DNA from: Ginsengibacter sp.
GTDB taxonomy: Bacteria > Bacteroidota > Bacteroidia > Chitinophagales > Chitinophagaceae
Direction: 5' to 3'
NCBI GenBank assembly: GCA_040005535.1
Contig: JBDTYU010000308.1
Location: forward strand, 1 to 48,870
Length of the DNA stretch: 48,870 nt
Both the position numbers and the translations under genes were made by a program. The notes under the pieces are model-generated. The model was not told the DNA's origin, made no database searches, and saw nothing but the letters and a program-made list of their open reading frames with translations. Position 1 is the stretch's first letter; each line of letters opens with the position of its first letter. Below are positions 10,103 to 18,450 of the stretch, piece after piece.

Positions 10103-10834
10103 ATGAAAAATATTGTTCTTTTCGTGGTATTCATTCTGGCGTTGGTATTCGCACAATTTGCGAATGCACAATCGGTTGAGGAAGTAATCAATCAATACAT
10201 TATAGCACGTGGCGGAAAGGAAAGATTAAATTCAATAAGGTCAGTTTATTTCGAAGGCACGAGGCAAATGATGGGTAATGAAGTACAGGTAAAAGTTACC
10301 AAAGTAAATAATAAATTGTACCGCACTGATTTTGAATTTGGAGGCAATTCAGGTTATACAATTGTTACTCCGGAAAAGGGATGGACATACATTCCTATGC
10401 GCTCTGACAAGCCTGATGAAATACCCGCAGGCATGTTACAATCGATGCAGAGCCAGCTTGATATCGCAGGTCCGCTGGTTGATTTTGCAGCTAAAGGATA
10501 CCATGCGGCTTCAAAAGGAAAAGAAACTATTAATGGAAAAGAATCCTGGAAAATACAGCTTACAAATGCTGCAGGAAAAGAGTTCACTTATTATATTGAT
10601 ATTAAAACCAATCTTCTTATACAAAGCAGGCAAATGAGTGAAGGAGGTCGTAACGGCGGTGGAGAAGCAAAAGAAATTATTACAAACTTTAGTGATTATA
10701 AAGAAGTGGGGGGTGTAATGTTTCCTCAAACAATCTCAACAGAAGGCAGTGGAATGGGAAGCGGCTCAATGACTTTCGATAAAATTGAAGTTAACATGCC
10801 TGTTGATGAAAAACTTTACAAGCCATCAAATTGA
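10103..10834 (+). CDS. Secreted LolA-fold-like / outer-membrane lipoprotein-sorting family protein
   Basis: Signal peptide ending ANA-Q; 'VEEVINQYIIARGG' N-terminus; 'FSDYKEVGGVMFP' C-terminal motif; start moved to ATG 10103. Confidence 0.6.
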   Translation: MKNIVLFVVFILALVFAQFANAQSVEEVINQYIIARGGKERLNSIRSVYFEGTRQMMGNEVQVKVTKVNNKLYRTDFEFGGNSGYTIVTPEKGWTYIPMRSDKPDEIPAGMLQSMQSQLDIAGPLVDFAAKGYHAASKGKETINGKESWKIQLTNAAGKEFTYYIDIKTNLLIQSRQMSEGGRNGGGEAKEIITNFSDYKEVGGVMFPQTISTEGSGMGSGSMTFDKIEVNMPVDEKLYKPSN

Positions 10835-10854
10835 TTCCCTAAAAAAAAATCATG

Positions 10855-10882
10855 TTACCGGCTTAGCCCGGTAATTTTTTTT
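10855..10882 (+). terminator. Rho-independent terminator
   Basis: TTACCGG-cttagc-CCGGTAA followed by T8, 20 nt after the stop codon. Confidence 0.8.
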
Positions 10883-10922
10883 GAAAAATGTTTATTTAAT
10901 TTCAATTAAAAATTACCGCATC

Positions 10923-13277
10923 ATGATGAACAGAAGATTTTATATCGCACTGACATTTCTTTTTTCTGTTACAAATATTAATGCGCAGGAAAAAAATTCA
11001 TTTTCGTCAACACTTGGAAAATGGAAGTTTACATTGTATAGCGGTAACATCACAAAAAGCACTTTTGAACCAATAAACTATTTACATAACGAACAGGTAT
11101 CAAATGCTGTAATTGCAAAGCCTGCTGACTTCACAACACCTTATAAAAATTTTGCAATCAACATTTCTACTGGCAACATTAATTATTATCACGGCCATGA
11201 TACACTTTTGATGCTCAATTATTTTGACAGCACCGGTTTTAAAGGTTTCAGGTTTCGGTTAAACGACAATGAAAAAATTTTTGGAACAGGTGAGCGCTCC
11301 CTGTTATTGAACCGGCGAGGCTACAAGCTGGATTTATATAACACTCCACATTATGGCTATGGTATAGATGCTGATAATTTAAATTACACAGTACCATTCA
11401 TACTTTCTTCCGGAGGTTATGGAATATTTTTTGACAATCCCTCTAAAAGTTATCTCGATATAGGAAAAACAAATGGTGCAGTTCTTGAATATGGAGCTTC
11501 TTCCGGAGAACTTAGTTTCTATATAATTCCGGGAAAAAATGTTGATGAGATCATTACAAAATATCAATCCTTAGTGGGCACACAACCCATACCTGCCCGC
11601 TGGGTTTTTGGTAATTTGATGAGCCGGTTTGGATATCGTTCACAGGAGCAGTTATTTTCTACTGTTCATAAGATGAAGCAGGAAAGTGTTCCGCTTGATG
11701 CAGTCATACTTGATCTCTTTTGGTTTGGTGACAGCATTAAGGGAACGCTCGGCAATCTTGCATGGGTAAATAAAAACGCATGGCCGCAACCTGGAGCAAT
11801 GATAAAAAATTTAAAAAAGCAAGGCATTAATACCATCTTAATTACAGAGCCATATATTTTAAATACAACTACTAATTATGGGCCATCAAAAAAATTTCAA
11901 GCGGTAGATAGTTCGGGCAATCCATTCGTATTAACCAATTTTTATTTTGGAAATGGTGGCCTGCTCGATCTTTTCAGAAAAGATGCACAAGATTGGTTTT
12001 GGGGTAAATATAAAACACAAATAGCAATGGGTGTTGCAGGCTGGTGGGGCGATTTAGGTGAACCTGAAACACATCCTGTAACTATGAATCACAATTTAAA
12101 AGATCTTGGTTTTAAAAGACTATTTAAAGCAGATGAAGTACATAATATTTACGGCCACTATTGGGATAAAATGCTTTTTGATAAATATGCAAAGGAATAT
12201 CCTGACGTACGTTTGTTCAATCTTAACAGGAGCGGATATGCCGGGAGCCCACGTTATAGTATTTTCCCATGGAGTGGAGACGTCGGCAGAAACTGGGATG
12301 GATTAAAAGCTCAATTGCCCATTATGATTGGTATGAGCATGAGTGGTGTACCCTATATACATGCAGATGCCGGTGGGTATGCCGGCGGAGATGATGATAA
12401 AGAATTGTATACACGCTGGTTGCAGTTCGCAACATTTACTCCGGTATTTCGTCCGCATGGCACTGCACTTGGAAATGCCGATACTAATGCTAAAGACATT
12501 CCATCCGAAGCGTGTTTTTATCCTGAACCTTATAAAAGTATTGTACGCAGATACATTAATCTGAGATATACATTTTTGCCTTACAATTATACACTCGCTT
12601 ACGAAGAAGCAAAGTTTGGAAGGCCTTTAGTAAGACCGTTATTTTATTATAACAATACTGATAGTAATTTATTTAAAGCGCAGGACGAATATTTTTGGGG
12701 AGATAATATTTTAGTTGCTCCTGTTTTAGAAAAAAGTGCAACAGAAAGAAAAGTTTATTTGCCCGAAAGCAACTGGTATAATTTTTTTACTGATGAAAAA
12801 ATGGAAGGGAAAAAATGGATCACTGAAAAAACTGATATAAATAACATCCCTGTATTTGTAAAAGAAGGCAGCTTTATTCCAATGTTTACAAATGTTTCAC
12901 CAATTAAAAACACAAATGATTATACAGGCAAAAGTGTTACTATAAAATATTACCCATCTTCATACAAATCAAATTATACCCTGTTTGATGATGATGGCGT
13001 TACCAATAATACTTTATCAAAAGGCAAATTTGAGCTGATAAGTTTTGAAGGAAAAACAATTGCTGATAAAATAGATATTACCATATCATCCCCAAAAAAA
13101 CAAAGCGGGCATTCAAAGAAAATACAATTAATTTTTCCCGGAGATAAAAAAATATTATCTGTAAAAATAAATGGAAAATATTTTAAAAGAGATGATGCAG
13201 AAAATCCTGAGAAGAACTTTATTGAATTTCAATTTTCAGGAATATTATTGAAGATGGAAATAGAATTTAAAAAATAA
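10923..13277 (+). CDS. Secreted GH31 alpha-glucosidase/alpha-transglucosylase
   Basis: Signal peptide (INA-Q); GWWGDLGEPE nucleophile motif, WSGDV acid/base, HADAGGY, ELYTRWLQF, FRPHG; start moved to ATG 10923. Confidence 0.88.
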   Translation: MMNRRFYIALTFLFSVTNINAQEKNSFSSTLGKWKFTLYSGNITKSTFEPINYLHNEQVSNAVIAKPADFTTPYKNFAINISTGNINYYHGHDTLLMLNYFDSTGFKGFRFRLNDNEKIFGTGERSLLLNRRGYKLDLYNTPHYGYGIDADNLNYTVPFILSSGGYGIFFDNPSKSYLDIGKTNGAVLEYGASSGELSFYIIPGKNVDEIITKYQSLVGTQPIPARWVFGNLMSRFGYRSQEQLFSTVHKMKQESVPLDAVILDLFWFGDSIKGTLGNLAWVNKNAWPQPGAMIKNLKKQGINTILITEPYILNTTTNYGPSKKFQAVDSSGNPFVLTNFYFGNGGLLDLFRKDAQDWFWGKYKTQIAMGVAGWWGDLGEPETHPVTMNHNLKDLGFKRLFKADEVHNIYGHYWDKMLFDKYAKEYPDVRLFNLNRSGYAGSPRYSIFPWSGDVGRNWDGLKAQLPIMIGMSMSGVPYIHADAGGYAGGDDDKELYTRWLQFATFTPVFRPHGTALGNADTNAKDIPSEACFYPEPYKSIVRRYINLRYTFLPYNYTLAYEEAKFGRPLVRPLFYYNNTDSNLFKAQDEYFWGDNILVAPVLEKSATERKVYLPESNWYNFFTDEKMEGKKWITEKTDINNIPVFVKEGSFIPMFTNVSPIKNTNDYTGKSVTIKYYPSSYKSNYTLFDDDGVTNNTLSKGKFELISFEGKTIADKIDITISSPKKQSGHSKKIQLIFPGDKKILSVKINGKYFKRDDAENPEKNFIEFQFSGILLKMEIEFKK

Positions 13278-13403
13278 GGCCAAAAAAATCTTTATATATA
13301 AAGCTGTCTTCATGGATATTTTCCTCCGGCTAACTAAGGTTAATTTCAAATACGCAAATGAATTAGTAATTTCCCTGTCTAAACTTTTAAGTAAATCTAT
13401 TGT

Positions 13404-13523
13404 ATGAAATTATTTATTCTATTAATTATCTCCTTATGCTTTGCAATAATAACTTGTGCGCAAAACAATGTTGATTCGGTTGTTAATAAATTAATTGACG
13501 GGATGGGATGCGTGAATATTTAA
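13404..13523 (+). pseudogene. 39-aa ORF that is essentially a signal peptide (truncated secreted-protein gene or small protein)
   Basis: MKLFILLIISLCFAIITCAQNNVDSVVNKLIDGMGCVNI*: basic N-terminus, hydrophobic core, A-Q cleavage site. Confidence 0.45.
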
Positions 13524-13539
13524 TTTATAATTTTTGTTT

Positions 13540-16500
13540 ATGAAAAAAATCATAGTCCTGTTAATAACAATTCTTGCCGCTTTATTTTCTTCAGCGCAAA
13601 AAAAACAAATAGTTATTGCAAATAATGATGACAGTATTTTATTAAGCAAGACAAAATACAGGCAGGTAGGCCCTTTCCGCGGTGGCAGAAGCGGAACAGT
13701 TTGCGGAGATTATAAAGATAAAAACACTTTCTATTTTGGAAGCACAGGTGGGGGTGTTTGGAAAACACAAGATGGTGGCAGCAACTGGAAAAATATTTCT
13801 GATAAATTTTTTGGAGGTTCTATAGGCAGCGTTGCAGTTTCTCCCTCCAACTCATCAATAATTTATGTGGGAGAAGGAGAAGCGACATTACGCGGCAACG
13901 TTAGTGAAGGCCATGGCATGTGGCGCAGTGACGATGGAGGCAGAAACTGGAAACATATTGGTCTTGATAATTCAAGGCACATCATGCGGATAGTAATTCA
14001 TCCTTCCAATCCTGACATAGTGTGGGTAGCAGTTCTTGGACATTTATTTGGAACATCTCCTGAAAGAGGAATTTATAAAACTATTGATGGTGGTAAAACA
14101 TGGAAAAAAGTTTTGTTTAGCAATGATGAAAGCGGTGGTGCAGAATTAGTAATGGAACCTGGTAATCCTTCCGTTTTGTATGGGGTAACGTGGACGGTTA
14201 AACGCAGTCCTTATAGTCTGGAAAGTGGTGGAAAAGGAAGTGCATTATGGAAAAGCACAGATGGTGGAGAAAGCTGGAAAAAACTAAATGATAAGAAAGG
14301 GTTTCCGGGAAGTACTGTCGTAGGAAATATAGGTGTTGCCGTTTCACCTGCAAATCCTGACAGGGTATTTGCACTCGTAGAATCAGAAAAAGGTGGATTG
14401 TTAAAAAGCGATGATGGCGGTGAAACCTGGACCAACATAAGCACAGATGCGAACATACGCCAGCGTGCATGGTACTTCAGTAAAATTTATTGTGATCCTA
14501 AGAATGCAGATATTATTTATGCGCTCAATGTAAATATGTATCGCAGTACAGATGGAGGTAAAACATTTAAAGAAATAAATACACCTCATGGAGATCATCA
14601 TGATTTATGGATTGATCCTGAAAATGATAACCGGATGATTGTTGCTGACGACGGAGGAGCACAGATAAGTTTTGATGGAGGCAATAACTGGAGCACTTAT
14701 TATAACCAGCCAACAGCACAATTTTACAGAGTTTCTACTGATAATAATTTTCCATACAGGTTACTTGCAGCCCAGCAGGATAATTCTACTGTTCGTATTT
14801 TATCCAGAACAGAAAGTAACGAGATTAATCAAAGCAACTGGACATCAACTGCGGGTTTTGAAAGCGGTTATGTAGTAGCTGATCCTTCTAATCCTGATAT
14901 TGTTTATGGAGGAAATTATGGAGGATTTATTTCACGCTTCGATCATAAAACCGGCGAGAACCGTTCGGTAAGCGTATGGCCTGTCTATGATTTGGGTAAT
15001 GGCGCTGACATATCTAAATACCGTTTTCAATGGAACTTTCCCATTTTTTTTTCTCCCAATAATCCAAAGAAATTATATGCTGCGGGTAATGTTTTATTTG
15101 CTACTGAAAACGAAGGCGCTACATGGACCGCACTAAGCGGTGACCTTACTACAAATGATAAAAGCAAACAAAAATCAAGTGGCGGCCCAATCACACAGGA
15201 CAACACGGGTGTGGAAGTGTATTGCACAATCTTTACAGCAATGGAATCTCCTCTTGAGAAAGATTTGTTGTGGACAGGAAGCGATGACGGGCTGATTAAT
15301 ATTAGCAAAGATAGCGGAGTTCATTGGGAGAATGTAACTCCGCCAGCTGCTGGTAAATGGATGCTGTGGAATTGTGTGGAAGCTGACCCTTTTAAAAAAG
15401 GAACTGCTTATTTTGTTGGAACAAAATATAAGCTCGATGATTATACGCCTTATATTTTTGTTACAAACGATTATGGAAAAACATGGAATAAGATAACTAA
15501 CGGTATAGCCCCCACGCACTTTACCAGGTGCCTGCGTGCAGATAAAAAGCGTCCCGGGCTTTTATACTGCGGCACAGAATATGGCATGTATATAAGTTAT
15601 GACTATGGTGAAAACTGGAAGCCCTTGCAACTCAATTTACCTGTCGTTCCTGTTACTGATCTCACTATTAAAAACAATGATCTCGTTGTTGCAACACAAG
15701 GAAGATCATTCTGGATATTGGATGATTTGAGTGTAGTGCAAAACATGGAAAAAAATATTACTCAAAAAGATATATACATTTTTTCTGTAGAAGATGCATG
15801 GCGTATGAAGGGCTCACAAAATCTGAATGTAAAAAATGCCGGTATCAATCCTCCAAACGGGGTCATAGTAAATTATTATTTAAAAGATTTTAAGGATAGC
15901 AGCCTTATAAAAATTTTAGTATTGGATAAAAATAAAAAAGTTATCAGCAGTTACAGTACCAAACCTTCAGTTGATACAGTCAAGATAGAAGTATCCAAAG
16001 GGATGAACCAGTTTGTTTGGAATATGAATTATGCTGCTGCTGAAAAAGTGGAAGGAATGATATTGTGGAATGGCTCTGTTCCAGGGCCTAAAGCTATTCC
16101 AGGCAAATACTATGTGCGCATCATTAACGATAAAAAAGATAGTGCTGAAACAGAAGTAAACATAAAGCCAAATCCAAATTTTAAACAAACTCAACAGGAA
16201 TATGAAGACCAGCTTAATTTTTTAATTTCAGTAAGAGACAAATTTTCAGAAGTACAAAAAGCAATAAAAAATATTCGTGAAATAAGAAAACAAATAAATG
16301 ATTTTATGGCCAGGCAGGGAAGTGATACCACCGGGGCAATAAAATCGATGGCCGATTCCATCAATAAAAAAATGACAGGCATTGAAGAAGCGCTTTATCA
16401 AACCAAAGCAAAAAGCGAACAAGATGTTTTAAATTACCCGATACGACTTAATGACCAGGTTTCAGGATTGTATGACTATGCAGCATCTGGTAATTATGCA

Positions 16501-16656
16501 CCTACGCAACAGGTAAAAGAAGCCTATTCCTTTTTAAGTGCAAAGGTTGATGTGGAACTAAATAAATTAAAAATAATTATGGATGTTGATTTGCCAAAAT
16601 TCAATCAGTTAATAAGGGATAAAAAGCTGCCATTGATAGGTGTGAAGAAAGAATAA
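13540..16656 (+). CDS. Secreted VPS10/sortilin-like BNR (Asp-box) beta-propeller protein, putative glycosyl hydrolase
   Basis: Signal peptide; GPFRGGRS; many SxDGGxxW Asp-boxes; PHGDHHDLWIDP; helical C-terminal tail; start at ATG 13540. Confidence 0.85.
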   Translation: MKKIIVLLITILAALFSSAQKKQIVIANNDDSILLSKTKYRQVGPFRGGRSGTVCGDYKDKNTFYFGSTGGGVWKTQDGGSNWKNISDKFFGGSIGSVAVSPSNSSIIYVGEGEATLRGNVSEGHGMWRSDDGGRNWKHIGLDNSRHIMRIVIHPSNPDIVWVAVLGHLFGTSPERGIYKTIDGGKTWKKVLFSNDESGGAELVMEPGNPSVLYGVTWTVKRSPYSLESGGKGSALWKSTDGGESWKKLNDKKGFPGSTVVGNIGVAVSPANPDRVFALVESEKGGLLKSDDGGETWTNISTDANIRQRAWYFSKIYCDPKNADIIYALNVNMYRSTDGGKTFKEINTPHGDHHDLWIDPENDNRMIVADDGGAQISFDGGNNWSTYYNQPTAQFYRVSTDNNFPYRLLAAQQDNSTVRILSRTESNEINQSNWTSTAGFESGYVVADPSNPDIVYGGNYGGFISRFDHKTGENRSVSVWPVYDLGNGADISKYRFQWNFPIFFSPNNPKKLYAAGNVLFATENEGATWTALSGDLTTNDKSKQKSSGGPITQDNTGVEVYCTIFTAMESPLEKDLLWTGSDDGLINISKDSGVHWENVTPPAAGKWMLWNCVEADPFKKGTAYFVGTKYKLDDYTPYIFVTNDYGKTWNKITNGIAPTHFTRCLRADKKRPGLLYCGTEYGMYISYDYGENWKPLQLNLPVVPVTDLTIKNNDLVVATQGRSFWILDDLSVVQNMEKNITQKDIYIFSVEDAWRMKGSQNLNVKNAGINPPNGVIVNYYLKDFKDSSLIKILVLDKNKKVISSYSTKPSVDTVKIEVSKGMNQFVWNMNYAAAEKVEGMILWNGSVPGPKAIPGKYYVRIINDKKDSAETEVNIKPNPNFKQTQQEYEDQLNFLISVRDKFSEVQKAIKNIREIRKQINDFMARQGSDTTGAIKSMADSINKKMTGIEEALYQTKAKSEQDVLNYPIRLNDQVSGLYDYAASGNYAPTQQVKEAYSFLSAKVDVELNKLKIIMDVDLPKFNQLIRDKKLPLIGVKKE

Positions 16657-16676
16657 AATTGTAATTTTAAGAAGTT

Positions 16677-17207
16677 ATGCCAGGTATATTAATACATCCG
16701 CCTAAATCTATGCTGGAAGTTTGGGAAAGCCTTCCTGAAGGAACTCTGTGCCAGCTCATTAATAATAGATTAACTATGAGTCCTTCTCCTATTGACATAC
16801 ACCAAGTAGTATTGAATGAAATAAATATTGAAATTTCGCTTTTTTTAAGAAAAAATAAAATAGGAAAATTAAGGATTGCACCGTACGATGTTCATTTTTC
16901 AAAGCAAAATATTTTACAGCCTGATATACTTTTTATCAAAAACGAAAACCAGAATAAAATTCAAAGCAAAGGCTTGTTTGGAGTGCCTGATCTTATAATT
17001 GAAATTTTATCTCCTTCTACTTCTAATCTTGATTGGGAAGTGAAGAAATTGATTTATGAAAGATACGGTGTGCAGGAATATTTTATTGTAGAACCTAATT
17101 CAAAATCTGTTACTTCTTTTTTTCTTAAGGAAGGGGAATATGAAGAACAGGAAAACACAAAGGCTATATTTAAATCTGTTTTATTGAATACTCAAGTTAA
17201 ATTTTGA
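16677..17207 (+). CDS. Uma2 (DUF820) family PD-(D/E)XK-like endonuclease
   Basis: MSPSP..H, LQPDILFI, PDLIIEILSPST, KKLIYERYGVQEYFIVEP. Confidence 0.9.
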   Translation: MPGILIHPPKSMLEVWESLPEGTLCQLINNRLTMSPSPIDIHQVVLNEINIEISLFLRKNKIGKLRIAPYDVHFSKQNILQPDILFIKNENQNKIQSKGLFGVPDLIIEILSPSTSNLDWEVKKLIYERYGVQEYFIVEPNSKSVTSFFLKEGEYEEQENTKAIFKSVLLNTQVKF

Positions 17208-17224
17208 GATTTGGCTTCATACAC

Positions 17225-17899
17225 TTACTCTAACAAATCCGGTCTTTTTTCTTTTGTTCTTACAATTGATTGCTCATGTCTCCATGTTTCAATTTTTGAA
17301 TGATTGCCACTCATTAAAATTTCAGGAACCTTCCATCCTCTAAATTCTTCGGGACGTGTATAAACAGGAGGCGCCAGTAAATTATCCTGGAACGAATCAG
17401 TTAATGCTGAAGTTTCATCATTTAAAACACCAGGCAATAATCTTCCAATTGCATCTGCAAGTACGGCTGCCCCAAGCTCTCCACCGCTCAAGACATAATC
17501 GCCGATAGAAATTTCTTTAGTGATAAAATGATCACGTACCCGCTGGTCAATGCCTTTGTAATGGCCGCATATCAACAATAAATCTTTTTTTAATGATAAA
17601 GAATTCGCAGTTTTTTGTGTAAACTTTTTGCCGTCGGGGGTGAGAAAAATAACTTCATCATATTGTGTCTGTTTTCGCAAAGCTTCAATGGCATTCACTA
17701 AAGGTTCAATCATCATTACCAGGCCGGCACCACCACCAAACTGGTAATCATCAACCTGGCCATGTTTATAATTAGTATAATCTCTTAAATTAAAAATATT
17801 TATTTCCAGTAACCCTTTTTCTTTTGCCCGCTTTATTATTGAATGGGCAAAGAAACTTTCCATCAATTGAGGCACTACAGAAATAATATCAATTTTCAT
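17225..17899 (-). CDS. trmD: tRNA (guanine37-N1)-methyltransferase
   Basis: [39 protein letters not shown]. Confidence 0.97.
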   Translation of the reverse strand: MKIDIISVVPQLMESFFAHSIIKRAKEKGLLEINIFNLRDYTNYKHGQVDDYQFGGGAGLVMMIEPLVNAIEALRKQTQYDEVIFLTPDGKKFTQKTANSLSLKKDLLLICGHYKGIDQRVRDHFITKEISIGDYVLSGGELGAAVLADAIGRLLPGVLNDETSALTDSFQDNLLAPPVYTRPEEFRGWKVPEILMSGNHSKIETWRHEQSIVRTKEKRPDLLE

Positions 17900-17903
17900 A
17901 GTG

Positions 17904-17911
17904 CAAACTTA
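17904..17911 (-). promoter_or_regulatory. -7 promoter element 4 nt upstream of the trmD ATG
   Basis: TAAGTTTG-cact-ATG on the minus strand. Confidence 0.65.
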
Positions 17912-17925
17912 TAACAAATGATGAT

Positions 17926-17989
17926 TAGGTGTTTTCCACGTGAGCAGAGGCACGTAAGCGTCTGTCTACTTGAAGTGGCCTAACACCTA
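17926..17989. other. 64-nt GC-rich imperfect hairpin between the Hsp15 gene and trmD
   Basis: Closing stem TAGGTGTT/AACACCTA with inner CCAC/GTGG and CAGA/TCTG pairings. Confidence 0.55.
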
Positions 17990-18370
17990 CAAAGTGAATT
18001 CATCCAAATTTCTTTTTTCCTTTTTTGTAGGACGTCCTTGTTTGCTTTTTCTTTTTCCTGTATTGAAAACAAAAGAAGCCGTTTGAGCTTTTTCCTTTTC
18101 TTCTTCAGGCGAAAGATCAATATAATATTTTATCGCCTCAGAAAACTGAACTCTGTTGTGCAATAAACCGCTTACTTCAATGAGCCATCTTTTTGCATCA
18201 GTCTTTATTTCATATTGCTCTCCGATACTAACGGTTTTTGCAGCTTTTACATTCACACCTTTGCATTTTACTTTTGCGCTATTGCATGCATCTCCTGCAA
18301 GGCTCCGGGTTTTAAATATTCTTATCGCCCATAAATATTTATCAATTCTTAATTTTTCTTTTTCTGTCAT
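17987..18370 (-). CDS. hslR: Ribosome-associated heat shock protein Hsp15 (S4 domain)
   Basis: LRIDKYLWAIRIFKTRSLA and C-terminal GRPTKKEKR; start moved to ATG 18370; TAAATTTG at 18374-18381. Confidence 0.88.
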   Translation of the reverse strand: MTEKEKLRIDKYLWAIRIFKTRSLAGDACNSAKVKCKGVNVKAAKTVSIGEQYEIKTDAKRWLIEVSGLLHNRVQFSEAIKYYIDLSPEEEKEKAQTASFVFNTGKRKSKQGRPTKKEKRNLDEFTL

Positions 18371-18450
18371 AGACAAATTTATAATTGATTTATATAAATG
18401 GTAAAAAGAAGTGTATAGTGTTTATGTATTTTTACCGATAAAAAACATCA

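Noticed and set aside
13312-13407. 31-codon ORF (MDIFLRLTK...) overlapping the orphan signal-peptide ORF at ATGA
   Set aside because: No recognisable features; such an ORF is expected by chance.
17926-17989. Superficial resemblance of the minus strand (AGGTG-TTAGGC-CACTT-CAAGTAG) to the 5' part of a pistol ribozyme
   Set aside because: The pseudoknot partner is only about 4 bp, and the conserved core and P2/P3 stems could not be built.
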